Positions 50,478-63,151 of a stretch of 64,000 bases of DNA are shown one piece after another. The DNA comes from Psilocybe cubensis (taxonomy: Eukaryota). Both the position numbers and the translations under genes were made by a program. The notes beneath the pieces were generated by a model, which saw only the letters and a program-made list of their open reading frames with translations, was not told the DNA's origin and ran no database searches. The stretch lies in the NCBI GenBank assembly GCA_017499595.2, contig CM039001.1, positions 434,001 to 498,000 on the forward strand, in the 5' to 3' direction. Position 1 is the stretch's first letter. Each line of letters begins with the position of its first letter.

Positions 50478-52695
50478 ATGTCGACACCATACGTACAGGA
50501 GCAGCCTCAGGCTATTGCACCTCCAGCTGTTGCTTCTTCCTCTCGATTTGGCCCACTAAAGGAGAGGGCAGCCCGTTTGAAGAAGAAAGTTACCACCAAG
50601 CAAGGTTGGATCGGTGATTACGACTATGCCTGGTAAGCACTAGAAAACTTTCTATTATCTGAGTTATGGGCTAACGCAATGTATTTCTCTGTTCCTGACA
50701 GGTTATGCTCCCCTAGATTGCCGTTTATGAAGCAGTCGGACAGAGCTCCGCCATTCTATGCACTCGATACCGACCTCCCTCTCGTCCTTGCTATATCAAG
50801 CGGTCTTCAGCATGCTCTTGCCATGTTAGCTGGTCTCATCACGCCCCCTATCATCTTCGCTTCTGCTCTCAACTTGGATGCTGAGACGTCAGCATACATG
50901 ATTTCAGCATCACTCATTGGCTGCGGTATGTATTTCTTTTTAACTTCCTTTTTACGGGTTTTCAACGTTATTATTCACAGGCATCATGAGTCTTGTGCAA
51001 ATGTCCCGGATACATCTTTTCAAAGGCTACTACTTGGGCACTGGGCTTATTACGGTTGTTGGGACAAGTTTCGCCACGCTCTCAACGGCAAATGCGGTTC
51101 GTGAATCCTCACTGTACGAAGACGATATATTTATTTTACCAACCCCACACAGATTTTCGACGCCATGTACAAGGATGGAACATGTCCCTCAACAGTAGGT
51201 CCTAACGGTGCTCTGATTCGAGGTCCATGCCCTGATGCATACGGAATGGTTCTTGGTATGTTTTGCTCATCGCCATGGATTGTTCCGTAACAGTCTTCTA
51301 ACCTTCTGCACAGGAACGTCACTTGTTTGCTCATTCCTCGAAATCTTCATGTCATTCTGCTCCCCCAAAGTCCTTAAACGCATATTCCCCCCTCTCGTTA
51401 CTGGTACGCGATATTCAATTACTACATTGCCTCATGCTCACTCAATGTGCTCTTAGGAACCGTCATTCTCATGATAGGCGCTTCGCTCATCGGAGAATCT
51501 GGAATGGCAAACTGGGGAGGAGGTTCCAACAATTGTAAAGACCGTCCCGATAGCGGTATTTTCCAGCTGTGCCCCACAATCTTCGCACCGAGGCCACTTC
51601 CGTACGTTTTTATAACCTCACCTTGAAATCCACCCGCTCAAATTTTGTTCCCTATAGCTGGGGATCACCAGAATTCATCGGTCTCGGCTTCCTCTCGTTC
51701 TCCACCATCATACTGACCGAAATATTTGGATCACCTTTCCTCAAGAACATCAGCATCATCGTCGGTCTTGTGGTTGGATGCATCGTAGCGGGTGCTACAG
51801 GCTACATGAGTGATTCTACAATCAAGAGTGCTCCTGCAATCACTTTCCTATGGGTGCATACTTTCAAGCTTCGGGTTTACGCTCCTGCAATTCTCCCTAT
51901 GATGGCTGTCTATGGTAAGTACTCTTCGTTCCGATTTTGCTACTGCTGGTTGAACCTTTTTCTCCGTACTAGTGTCCCTCGCAATGGAAGCCATTGGTGA
52001 CATTACTGCTTCGGCCGAGGTTTCCCGTCAGGAGGTCGTCGGAGACGTATTCGACTCCCGAATTCAAGGTGGCATTCTCGGCGATGGAATTAGCGGCTTC
52101 ATGTCAGCTCTTTTCACTGTAACACCCCTCTCAACTTTCGCCCAGAATAACGGAGTTATCGCCATCACCCGATGCGCCAATCGTGGTGCAGGACGTTGGT
52201 GCTGCTTCTTCCTAATCCTTTTCGGCGTCCTTGGCAAACTCTCTGGCGTTTTACTCGCGATTCCCAACCCTGTTCTTGGAGGCGTGACGACTTTCCTCTT
52301 TGCTAACGTCGCCGCGTCGGGCGTCCGCGTCATTTCCAATGTGCAGTTCCAGAGGAGAGAACGCTTTATCCTTTCTGCGGCATTGGCATTTGGATTCGGA
52401 AACCTGTTGCGCCATGATATTTTCAGGCATCTCTTTGACGGTGTAGCCAATCCAAACAAGGGTCTTCAAGGCTTGTTTGACTCCATCACCATTGTCCTTA
52501 GCACACCTTGTGCGTTATTTAAAACTGTCTACTATTTGGTTTCTTTCACTGATCGTTTTTTCTTCAGTCCTTGCTGCAGGTCTTGTTGCTGCCATTCTCA
52601 ATCTTCTTATTCCACAAGAGCCGAAGGAACTCATACCAGATGAATCCTCGGTTGAAGAAGTAGATGTCGAATCCCAAGATGAAAAGAAACACTAA
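50478..52695 (+). CDS. Xanthine/uric acid permease (NAT/NCS2 family, UapA/UapC-like)
   Basis: GWIGDYDYAW, GLQHALAMLAGLITPPI, MEAIGDITAS, RIQGGILGDG, NAT signature FAQNNGVIAITRCANR, IPNPVLGG; ATG at 50478. Confidence 0.95.
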
Positions 52696-53137
52696 AGTAC
52701 CCCAGTATTCCGCCATGTTTGGTATCGCTTAGTACTCACGCAACCCCTCTGACGACATATCATTTTTTCATGATTTTTATCTTAATACTCAAAATCTCTC
52801 ATGCTGTAATTAGATTAATGCGCTGTTAGTTGTTACGCTATACTTTTGTACGATTATACCAACCTGTATTCTATTCGCCGTTGCAATTCCATCGATTCAA
52901 TCTTGATTATGTCCGACGATCTGTTAAGCGGCAATTGAGCCTGATATTTGTATTGCTAATTTACAACATGACATGGCCTTTACAAACACAAGGTGTCAAA
53001 TACATCGAAGATCGCCACTGGTAGAGCTAGATGAAATCAAGAATGGCACCGATAACCACAAACAAAGGTAATGTCGACACCGTGTGAGAACTTAAGAGTA
53101 TCAAAAAAGGGGGGATGGTATATCGTGCTTCGTGGTC

Positions 53138-55707
53138 CTAGGAACGGCGGACTTGTTGCTGCTGCGTAGTTGTTCGACGCGTGGTCCGGGAAGCAGACGC
53201 CTCATGGCTACCTCTGGATCGCTTCTTATCGCCTTGTTCGTCCAAATGAGACTCAACTATCTTTCGTTTCTTCTCTCCACCATGAAGAGATGCGTCAAGG
53301 TTGGAAGTGGAAGTGGAGGCATCCCGATTTTTAGATAGCGTTGAACGTGCTGGTACGATATCGTTGCGTTCGTTGGCAGGACCTTCAATAGGAGCAGCGT
53401 CACTGGACGGGGAAAGCACGCGTTCAGGAGGAAGCTGTTCCAGTGCTACTATGGCGGCCTTGATGATTTCCAAAAATTTATCATGGTCTTTTCCTGAAGA
53501 TCCGTTTTCCGATGCATACACAGTTTTCAAGTCTGGAAAACTTCCGCTCTCTTCTTCGACTTCATACTTCGCGATAACGTGCGTCTCACATAATCGCGCG
53601 AGGCCCTTGAGGAGTTTACGGAAAACCTCGTCACTCTTGAAATATGGTTGAATTTTTGACAAAGGTGCTGTAAGAAAGTCCCTCTTGGCTGTAGCGCAAA
53701 TTTCAGGGTCATTGTCCTCCCACTTTTCGAGGTGATGGACTACAATGCAATTTCCCGGCCCATTGTACTTCATGCATATCCATGATAACACGTAGAGAAA
53801 AGACTCAAGGTCATCAAGATGGTCCTGCGGCGGTATGTTTACAGTTGGTGAGGCCTGTGCCCATCCAGCACTTTTAAGGACTGCAACAGATTGGAACGCA
53901 CGCGTTCCCTATTGATAATATATATGAGCGGACGCTTCATGAATGTCCAAATAAAGGGTACATACCGTTCTGAATTGACTGCCGGACAGATTGGTTTCAC
54001 GATCCACCTTTATAGCCATGTCCAGGTCTATCAACACTCCACGGTTCCCTGGTTCCGCGTTTGGTTTCCCTAAAAGAATATTTTCAAGACTGATATCACG
54101 GTGCAAAATTCCTTTCTGCCAAATATTTTTGTGGCCTGATCATAAAAAAAAAAGGTTTAGAAATTTAAATCTGAAATACAGAAATGACTATTTACCTGCG
54201 ACCGAGTCGTAGAATGCGTGCAATAACTCCAACTTTGTTTGAAAATATTTGATGGATCGTCCATAAGCTTCAAGGACGATTCGGCAAAAAATACGATCGG
54301 CGGTATATGGTCGACTGTTGGTATACAATCCGTTGACGACATGGTTTCTGAATTGGGATATTGGATATTCGGTATCATCCTCATAGGCGACCATTTGACC
54401 AACTCCAGCCAGGCCCTTGACAATTTTTAGTAGCTCCCATTCGTTTTGGCGTCCAGACGACCGCCATGAATCTTTTATAAGGACTGCACTAACAGTGCCA
54501 TTCGGCTGAGGAGGGCTCACTTGCTCAGCATTCCAACACACAGTGCCTCTGCCACGAGCAGATCTACGAATGAAAGGTGTTCCCACCACCTGATAAACGT
54601 AGGAGGCACGCGAAGTGGTCGTCAATCTCAGTGACCGTGCGTGCTCTTTTGGGGTCGAAACAGTGATTTGAGGCCAGTCCCCACCATGCTCCCACTTGAT
54701 TCGCGTGTCAAATGCAGAGATTTTTTGATCCTGTTCAATGGAAGAGATACCAAGGACAATCCGAACCAGAGTCACAGGATCGGTATGATAGTTGATGCTC
54801 GAATCGACGCGAAGCACTCCTGAACGGTCATGAATATTCAGATAGGCATGATTTTCTGTCAAGACGACTACAGGAACATAGCGCCGATGAGGTTGCTGGA
54901 TGAAACACTGTCTTTTTATACGTAGATAAAGTGAGTAAGTAGAAGTGTAGGAATGCATGCCTAGAATACCTCGCATATATCCCAATCTGCTGTGTGATTT
55001 CCTTCTTGTTTGCCTTGAATGTAGCCTCTAATTTGACCTCAAGGGGAGCTAGACAATGTGAATATTCGGAGCGCTCGGCAATGGCAGGATTCATAAAAAA
55101 TCTCGATGTTCTGCCCATAATAGCCAGGTCCGGCGATGACTTGGGGGGAATAACTGGCGTTGTTTGCCCATCTGCTCCTACTTGTAGAATAGTTATCCCG
55201 TCTTCGACATGGGTAATTCGTTTTTTGTAAGTTTCATCTATCCATCTCAATTTTGGGCCACCCTTGTCAAAATAATCAAAAATTGACTGAATTATTTTGC
55301 TCAGAGGTGTATAGAGTAATTCTTCCTGCGTCACACCAGTGACATTTTTTAGAGGAGTCCATCCTTTAGCCTGGTTATCGTAGAGACTGCAGTCCGCAAG
55401 GAATTTGGAGATTGGAAGCGTGTTATATGAAGCAAAGACCTTGGATACAGGTGTTGATTTGTCGACAGTGCTTCCGGAAAGCTCTGCAGCTATCGCTGAG
55501 CTCATAGCGTCGACAGTGAGATCAGGCTGTACTGAATGTGACGATGATTTAACCAGTGTCGCGGGGCCAATACGTGCACGATGCGGTAAAAAGAGGGGCA
55601 CGTATAACAGATACCTCAGACTCGTAGGTAGAGTTTGAATTGAGTGAACGCGCTTCTCTCGATTGCGTAACTTGGTTCAAATTTCGAGGCCTTGAACTTT
55701 TCGACAT
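53138..55707 (-). CDS. FunK1-type fungal-specific protein kinase, copy 2; introns 54912-54969, 54136-54195, 53909-53965 (start uncertain: 55707 or about 55505)
   Basis: GRGTVCW, VLIKDSW, HRDISLENILL, GVLIDLD, GTRAFQSVAVL, DHLDDLESFLYVLSWIC; same three intron positions as copy 1; PD...EVK...QxxxY N-terminal motif. Confidence 0.92.
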
Positions 55708-56235
55708 CGTTAGAGGCAAAACGGGAGTAGATGAAATCCAGAGCTTACCATACGCACATGTAAACAAAACGTCCGCTTTCGAATTGAGAGAACAGTGGTG
55801 AAAACCCAAGAGTCAGAAGTCGTGATGGACGTTCGGTGATTGCAAGAATTGTGCCCTTCGAGACTAATTTACCACCACGTGATCGTATTTTGATGACCCA
55901 TCAATATTTCAATGTTGCCAACTTCGGGATCAAACGAATTGAAAATCCAGTTATCATTATGCGCTGCTTTCAACCAAATTTTGTCCATTATCTTTACTGC
56001 GAAGAGATAGCATACATATCGTAAATTTAATAATGAAATAAACTAGTCAATGGATACGATTTTTTGTGGTTCTTTTCTCCAGTATTTTGCCGCTGTTAAA
56101 AATAGCCGTACTGATGCCAGCCTTACGATTTTCCGTCAAATATGATCGTGAATTCTTCAGACTTCATGAATAAGTTTGTTTAGAAGAGAGTTAGCAAGAG
56201 TAGTACAAGCAATATTTGGGCGATGTATACTGTGA

Positions 56236-56823
56236 TCATACGGATTCAAACTCCCTTGGATACCCAAATCTCGTCCTTTTCTTGTTTGTAGCAAAATCAT
56301 CTTCGAGCATACCTCGGAATTCAGGGATCAGACCCCTGATAGTAGCTGAGCTCCGATTAATATCCCAGTCCATCCTTTCGCCTATCCCCTTTACTATTTC
56401 TGCATTTATTGCTTTATTTCTGCGTTCGACATAGAGGTTCCAGCTCCTGGTCATCGGTTGCTTTACTCCCGTTTCATCGGAGTAGGCCCTCAGGGAAACC
56501 ATATACGCCGTTCGGAAAAGATCCCAGCCATCGATCTTTGAAATAGGGAAGCGATATTTGGAGTTTGCGAACCGCAATAGCACAAGCAGTGCACCGTAAA
56601 GCACATTGTTATCGTTTTCCAGGCTTTCAATTTGCTTGACCTCGGACCTGATGTCGGATATGGATCGAACAAGGGTGATAAAAGCATCCTGGTCTTCTTT
56701 GCTGTTCCTTAACGTTATTTCTGAAGAAAAAATGGCTGCAATAACAGTAGAATTTTGCAATTTCGACCCTTCCTGTCGCTGATTGTTGCTGACATTCGAA
56801 TTGCTGGAGGCGCTCTGGCTCAT
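56236..56823 (-). CDS. Diverged cyclin-fold (Pcl/Pho80-like) protein 3, intronless, 195 aa
   Basis: VLYGALLVLLRF...DGWDLFRTAYMVSLR...SW...MDWDI...FRGMLEDDF...GYP, paralogous to the 11138 and 12445 ORFs; TATA-like TATATATAAA about 80 bp upstream on the minus strand. Confidence 0.7.
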   Translation of the reverse strand: MSQSASSNSNVSNNQRQEGSKLQNSTVIAAIFSSEITLRNSKEDQDAFITLVRSISDIRSEVKQIESLENDNNVLYGALLVLLRFANSKYRFPISKIDGWDLFRTAYMVSLRAYSDETGVKQPMTRSWNLYVERRNKAINAEIVKGIGERMDWDINRSSATIRGLIPEFRGMLEDDFATNKKRTRFGYPREFESV

Positions 56824-57740
56824 GATAGACTAGATGCAGTGTGGTGGGGAATGTAAGCTTGATTATATCTGAGAAAGCAGATGATATAGAACTGCCTATT
56901 TATATATAAAACGGTGGGACAAATATGTCCGAAAATGTCCAATGTGCCCCATTTGCTCGTACTGAGTGCCACTGGTAATAGCATGAACAGGCAGTCAGGG
57001 CAATACCAACTAATCGGCTTTAATAGTGTTCTAAAGAAGGAAGGCTGGCGTGTAATATAGACAATGGCTGTAGTACATAATAGCGAGAACATGGCTGTGA
57101 CTTCCATTGTTGCATGAATAGTGAGCAATCTTCCTTTACCCAAAAGTCATGTATGTGCACACAAAAATTTCAAGAAGTATGGCAATCTGGTCAGGAATAC
57201 AATTAGGTTAAGGAAATTCTGGCGAACAGTTTATTTCAGTTCCATTTTCAGGTCCAGTTTGTTCCTTTTTCGGATAATAGGCGCCGGCCCATTCAGATTC
57301 ACATATGCAAAGTCTGGCATTCTCGTCGGTATTGCCGTCATGTACCGAGTCCAGAAATAGAGAAAATAACGGATCATCAATTATACTCCCTCTGGAAGCT
57401 TCTGTCCCGTAGGTAGAGTTAACAGTACATGATGAAGTGAAACTTTAATTTTCCTGAGACGAAGTCCTCAACTAGTAAAGTTCCCACGAACCACACTTTC
57501 TAACTCCTAAGCCTCGAGCTCTGATATGATGTATGACCCTGGCGCAGCAACCTAGTATCACCAAGGATCACCATGCCAGCATCCCCCCACAACCCAAATT
57601 GTCTTCCAAAATATAACAATGCGCATCTCGCTACTCCATACGCTTGACAGTGAATTTAAGAGTATTATACATGCCCATATACAAACTATATCATACATTG
57701 AGACATACATACATATATACCAGTCGTATATTCACGCAAG

Positions 57741-59316
57741 CTATAACTTGCTCTTGGGGTGGGATGTAGAACTGCCTTCGCGTTCCCCTTCCTTTCGCCG
57801 CCGACGCGCCTCCCTCTTATCCCACGCCTCCACCACACGTCTCGCAGCGCGCAGATCAACCCCGTCCCGCTCACACGCGTCCCGAAACACCTTGCGATTC
57901 AGCAGCGCCCACGCAATCCTTTCTTCGTTCGACGGCGCGTGTGGGGGGCTCACTTCAAAATCCGGCTGCCGCGCGTACCCCACAGTCGCGACCCGAATAA
58001 GCATTGCCCTTGATTTAACAAACATGTCAACAACAACACGGATATATGAAGACGGGCAGCCAAAAAAATGTACGTGAAGGCAGAATGGAAAAGGAAATGT
58101 TGGAGGGAAATGGGAATTGGAATAGTTAACACATACGCAGTCAGCCCGAAAACGGGCTTAATTCCACCGGCCTCGCGGCCAGTCAGGAACTGGTGGACGC
58201 GGAATACAGGCTCGGCTCGGTTGCTGCCCTTGAAGTCGAAGGACTTGTGATAAGGGACTTCGAGTGTGTCGGGTTCGTGTGGAAAGGGTGGGTTGGAGCT
58301 CAGGAACGAGGCAAGCGGGTGTGAGAATAGGCTGGCGACTTCATCTCTATTTAAAATGGGCTATGGCAGGGTGTCAATTGGACTGGTAATCCGACGGAGT
58401 AGGAGTAGGAAAGAGTTGAATTTTTTTGGGACGCGTACCCGGAGTGTATTATCTAGAATTAGTACGACGACACTGTTGCCCGCTTGTTAGATATATGGAT
58501 AGATGGATGTGAATGGGTGAGGTGCGGGGAGGACGTACGGGGTTACAATAAGTTCAGCGGCAAGGAATGGCTCTAATATGCACAGAAGCGGGACCTTGTT
58601 TCTATCGCGCGGCAGCCCAATCTGTGGCAAAGTGGTTCCAAGTCAAGCCAATTATCGAATCGAATTCCAAAGAATACGAATACAATACCTCTTCAAACGC
58701 CTCCCGCCTCTAGCCAAAAACAAGTGTAGCTATGTCTTCAGCTTCACCACCCACAAGTTCAAGTGCACAGAGTCAACGCACCGCAGTGTCCTCTATAGAT
58801 CTATCCTCCGGGTCAACCTTCCCGCCAGGCAGCGATGTGTCCCCAGCGTACGTCCGCAGCGTCGACGAGCGTCTGTAGCAAAGAAGCCAAAAAACGGAGG
58901 TGAAGTGGTGTATTCACAAGTGCATGCGCGTGGGGTGAAGATGATTGGTATACATCGCGTTAAGCGGCCCCGAGGGCAACGCGAACAATGGAAACACACC
59001 TACCGGCTAAGCAGCACGTAAAGGTCGCCTTGTCGACCGACGAAGAGCGCGACGAGCACCGCGGCACTGCGCGAGCGTGGCACGATGATACTCGGTTTCG
59101 GCGGGTGGTATCGTGCCAGGTTCTGAAGACACCTGTAAATAGAATAGAACAGAAAAAGAAGGTGTAACGTTGGCATTAAAATGGCGTGAAGGGTGGGATT
59201 TCGACCAACCTTCTCGACTCCTTGCTCAGCGTTGGTATCGCCTCGTTCCATCGAATCTTTGGTCTGTGAAAATCAAGCTGGCTGGTGCTTCGAGGACCAT
59301 TTGGTTTGAAGCTCAT
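57741..59316 (-). CDS. PCD1: Peroxisomal Nudix CoA diphosphatase (Pcd1/NUDT7-like)
   Basis: SAAVLVALFVGRQGDLYVLLS, YAGDTSLPGGKVDPEDRSIEDTA|RREAFEE|IGLP (Nudix box), FGLTA, C-terminal PTS1 -SKL*; ATG at 59316 inferred by frame. Confidence 0.9.
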
Positions 59317-59544
59317 CAAATCGCAATTAATGAATGTGGGGGAGGTGGTGGTTCCGGTTCAAGTTGTTCCGTAGCCGTTCAGGCACACCAAATTCAACTT
59401 CTTCTGAGTTCTTCACATTGTGATGTCATTATACCCATTCAGGGGTCAACGGCAAGAAATATGAAATCAAGCAAAGAAAAGAAAGTCAAAACGGAAAGAG
59501 AAAACATAGATAATTCTAGCGTAACCTATCCTACGCATGCTATT

Positions 59545-61095
59545 CTATCGGACACTAATTGGAGCGTGCTGCGAAGGCGCAATTTTACTGCTCCTCTTAT
59601 TCATGTTCACATTCGCACCAACGTTCCCAAAGTTTTCAGAGAAACCCAAACCAAAGTCTCGCCTCGTATCATCGTAGATCATCCCGCTCTCTTTCGATGA
59701 TTCAAGTTCACAAGAGAAGTTTTCAGACTTCGCACTGGATCTGGCACTCGAACTTAAATTCGGACCTGGTGCATAGCCGCACTCTTCAAACACTTCTAGC
59801 GTGCGGATAAAGTTACGCGTGGGGTTGAACAGTGGGAGCGCTGTGTAGTCGTTAGTAAGGAAAAGAAAGGAATTTTACAATATACGAAATGTGCACATGA
59901 TGGTTACTCACCTTCGTTTATAACGCCGAACGCCTCTGTCGCCGTATACTGGCGAATCGACATCACTGATTAAACCAATACGTATCAGAATCGAGAAACA
60001 CATCTAATGAAAACACGTACAATACGCGCACACAGCCGCACATGCCCTCGACTCTACCATTGAATGCACAAGCACCCTCCCACCACGTTTAATCGCGCCG
60101 TCAACATAAGCACAGATATCCGGCAGCGTAGAGAGCAGCGCGTCCGGCGCGCGGCTGTCGACATTCACATGGTGGTGGTGCGTTACAGCGCCGGCGGTCG
60201 TCGTTGTAGCGATCTCCGTGGGCGATATGGACAGGAGGTGAGTTATTCCAAGGTCCATGAGTAGTGACCATGTTTGCTGTGGGTCCGATGGGAATTCGCT
60301 GTACGCCCGGGCCGGCACATTAGAAAGGGTTGGGTGTGAGAGAGGAATTCAGGAATCAACGCACCTGCTAAGGAAGAGTTTGTCAGGGATAATAGAGACG
60401 GTATCGACAAGGTGGTTGAGAAAGGCGGTGACGTCCTGCTCGTTTCGTCGCTTCCAGGAGCGGTAAATTGGGTTAGCGAGCGAGGGAGCAAAACCGCATT
60501 TTCGGAACGTATCCAGTTGAACGGCGAACCCATAGTTGAGATGCACCTGAGGGCGCCCTAGAGTTCCCTGATAATGTAATTGGGAAAACAATACATTAAA
60601 AACCCGGCTTACGTTGCCTAACAAACGTGATAGCCTCTGGAGCCAAATATCCCCTCGTTTTCATCACTTACGAAAAGAATTTTAGAATTACATGGGAAAT
60701 GTCGTGGCGATCACTCACAATAAGCAGCGACGACAGCAGGACTGCGTGAGATGCCCATGACGCAGTGGACAAGCACCCGACCACCCTTGCGCAGGGCATC
60801 GTCGATGAACCGACAAGTCTCAGGTAGGTGGATGAGGAGGTCAGCGTACTCTGAATCCTCGATTGAGATGTTCAGGTGGTCCTGCGTCGCACCCGTCGTC
60901 GGGTACTCGGGACATACTGACAGAATGTGCGTGATGCCGTGTTTCTTGCGCTGCTCGACAGAGAGCGCGGCAGAAAGGCTGTGGGATTCATTTAACATAT
61001 TGGCACACCCGTGTACATAGCGAGCGTACGCACTTTCCGACGTAAAGCTGGTCCTTGAGGACCTCACTTAGACTAGCAGGTGCGTTCCGTGTCAT
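59545..61095 (-). CDS. Tandem dual-specificity phosphatase (active N-terminal domain, degenerate C-terminal domain)
   Basis: Domain 1: GITHILSV...VLVHCVMGISRSPAVVAAY (HCX5R intact); domain 2: GITHLLSI...VLVHSMVESRACAAVCAY (no catalytic Cys). Confidence 0.9.
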
Positions 61096-61801
61096 GGTAC
61101 AAGCAGAGCAAGAGTTGGTCGATAATCGATTCTCTAAGAGACTACTGATCGTCGCAGAACAGAAAAGGTGGTTTGCTTGAATGTGTTTGTTATAAACCCG
61201 GCGCGCATATTGGCCAAAGTGTTCGCATGGGTAAAAGTCTCGACGGAATCGGAATCAGGCTGATGATAACATGATCGCCTTCTTTTTCCGGCCCCACAAG
61301 ATAGCTCCACAAAACGATTCACAGGACTGATACTTTGGATAAATTTGTTTCGGCACTGTGGGGGCTCGGAGAATGTGGCAAACCTAGTTTTGGGCACGAG
61401 CCGATAGTGCGTGGGGTAAGATAAGGACAGGTGCGAGCATGGACATTGGCGCTGTGATTATTACATCGCGATGTATATGTGGAAAAAGTCGCAACGAGGA
61501 AGGCGCGTGTTGGTGGTGCTCCACAATTTTGTTTACAGGAATCACGATAGTCCGGCTTTGATGGCCATATGAGACGCTTCTGGTCAACAGTGGCGTACAA
61601 TTAGGCTATACTGTATATTCGGGTACCAAAGTAAAAGAAATATGCCATAGGAAAAGAAATGAGTTAATGAGTATTAATGAGCAAAGGGCGGTGGCAGTCC
61701 ACTTTCTAAACGAATTGTTCGGCGGAGGATTTAGTCGGAGATTCGGAGGTTGAATCGGAGCTTTTCTAAATACGCGGTCACCTGATTTACCTTGCAAATG
61801 C

Positions 61802-62457
61802 TCTACCGCAAAATCATCTCGATGATCTGGAATCATTCTTTTATGTGATAGTCTGGATTTCCATCCATCATGACGGCCCAGGAAATTGTCCAACGTCAAA
61901 CAAAGCTCGTTGCGGCGTTAGTTCTAAGTGGAACCAAGCCTTGCCCCGTGATTGCTTCAGAGAAAAAATCCATTTCATGGAACATCCAGGCTTCCTGCAA
62001 ATTCAGCCGTACTTCAGGGAAGACGAGATTTTTTGCACTATGCTGGAGAATCTGGGGTACCTGTGCCAGGACCGCTATAGCGACAAGGTGGATATCCTTC
62101 ACCAGCTGGACAAGGCCATTTATGATGCTCGCATTAAGAGTTACAAATTGGAGGTTTCAGAATCAGCAGCGTCTGGACAGTGGAAAGGATCATGATGAGT
62201 TCTTGCTCATCGTTAAGACGGCCATCGATGCGCTTGAACAAGAAGAGGCCGAGGAACAGAAACACGCTGCTGTGACTCCGTTAGGGGACCGCTCCAACGT
62301 CGAGCCCGACACACCATCAAAAACCGAGAAATTTTGCAGCACTGTAGAAATTAAGAAACGAAAGCTCGATAGCGTTGATGGGGAGGAGAAAGCGGACCAG
62401 AAGCGTGCGAAGGCCCGCCGCGAGTCAAATGAAAATGACCCTGAACAAGGTCTTTGA
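61802..62457 (+). pseudogene. FunK1 kinase remnant (C-lobe and tail only, frameshifted)
   Basis: PQNHLDDLESFFYVIVWI..HDGPG..QPYFREDEIF in one frame, then SGKDHDEFL..AIDALE..PLGDRSNV.P.TPSK..KKRKL in another; no HRD/DLD exons recognised upstream. Confidence 0.8.
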
Positions 62458-63151
62458 CACTTTGGCGCTTTCTGTTGTTACCTGTGTAATGTGAAATTTA
62501 CGAATGATTTTTGTTTATAGTTAGTTATGATGTGATGTTCACCACTGTACCGTACTCTTTTTCTTCGATCGTTGATGAAATATTTGACTTAAATACGGGT
62601 CCGGCATTCAAGTCATAAATCACAATGATTCTGACGCTCGATACCATCTTACCATCTGATATAGTAGATAAAGATGAAAAGGCAGATAAACTTCAATTAG
62701 AAATAAACGGGATAATTGACGAAGCAAATTCTTGTGTGCGCAGCATGGGGCGCTTCGCTTTGATAGCTGTGGACGCCATGACCCGGCTAGGAATGGCAAT
62801 GTTACCGTTGCCGATGTCAATGCTGTCAACCCAATAGGCGCCGAACCTGAGGCTGGGACCCACCTCTGATTTACCATCTTGTAAGGTGTACATAACTTGA
62901 ACAATGTTACAGGTCCTAAAATTTCAAAGCTTCGAACTAATCATCCATGCAACAATTCCTTTCCTTTCAAAGCTACAGCATACACAGCATACTTGAGAGC
63001 GAGTTTGTTTCTATCCAATCCACTGAAATTGTATCCCACTGAGCACAAGCACAACATCGTCATGAAAAAAAAAGCAACCGATCGCAAAAACAAGAAAAAA
63101 TTCATCAGATCATCCTCGTTCCTCATGCACGCACATACACCTCCCCTCGAT

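Noticed and set aside
62625..62904. Short ORFs between the FunK1 remnant and the nucleoporin
   Set aside because: No recognisable motif and no similarity to the cyclin-like family; cannot be supported as a gene.
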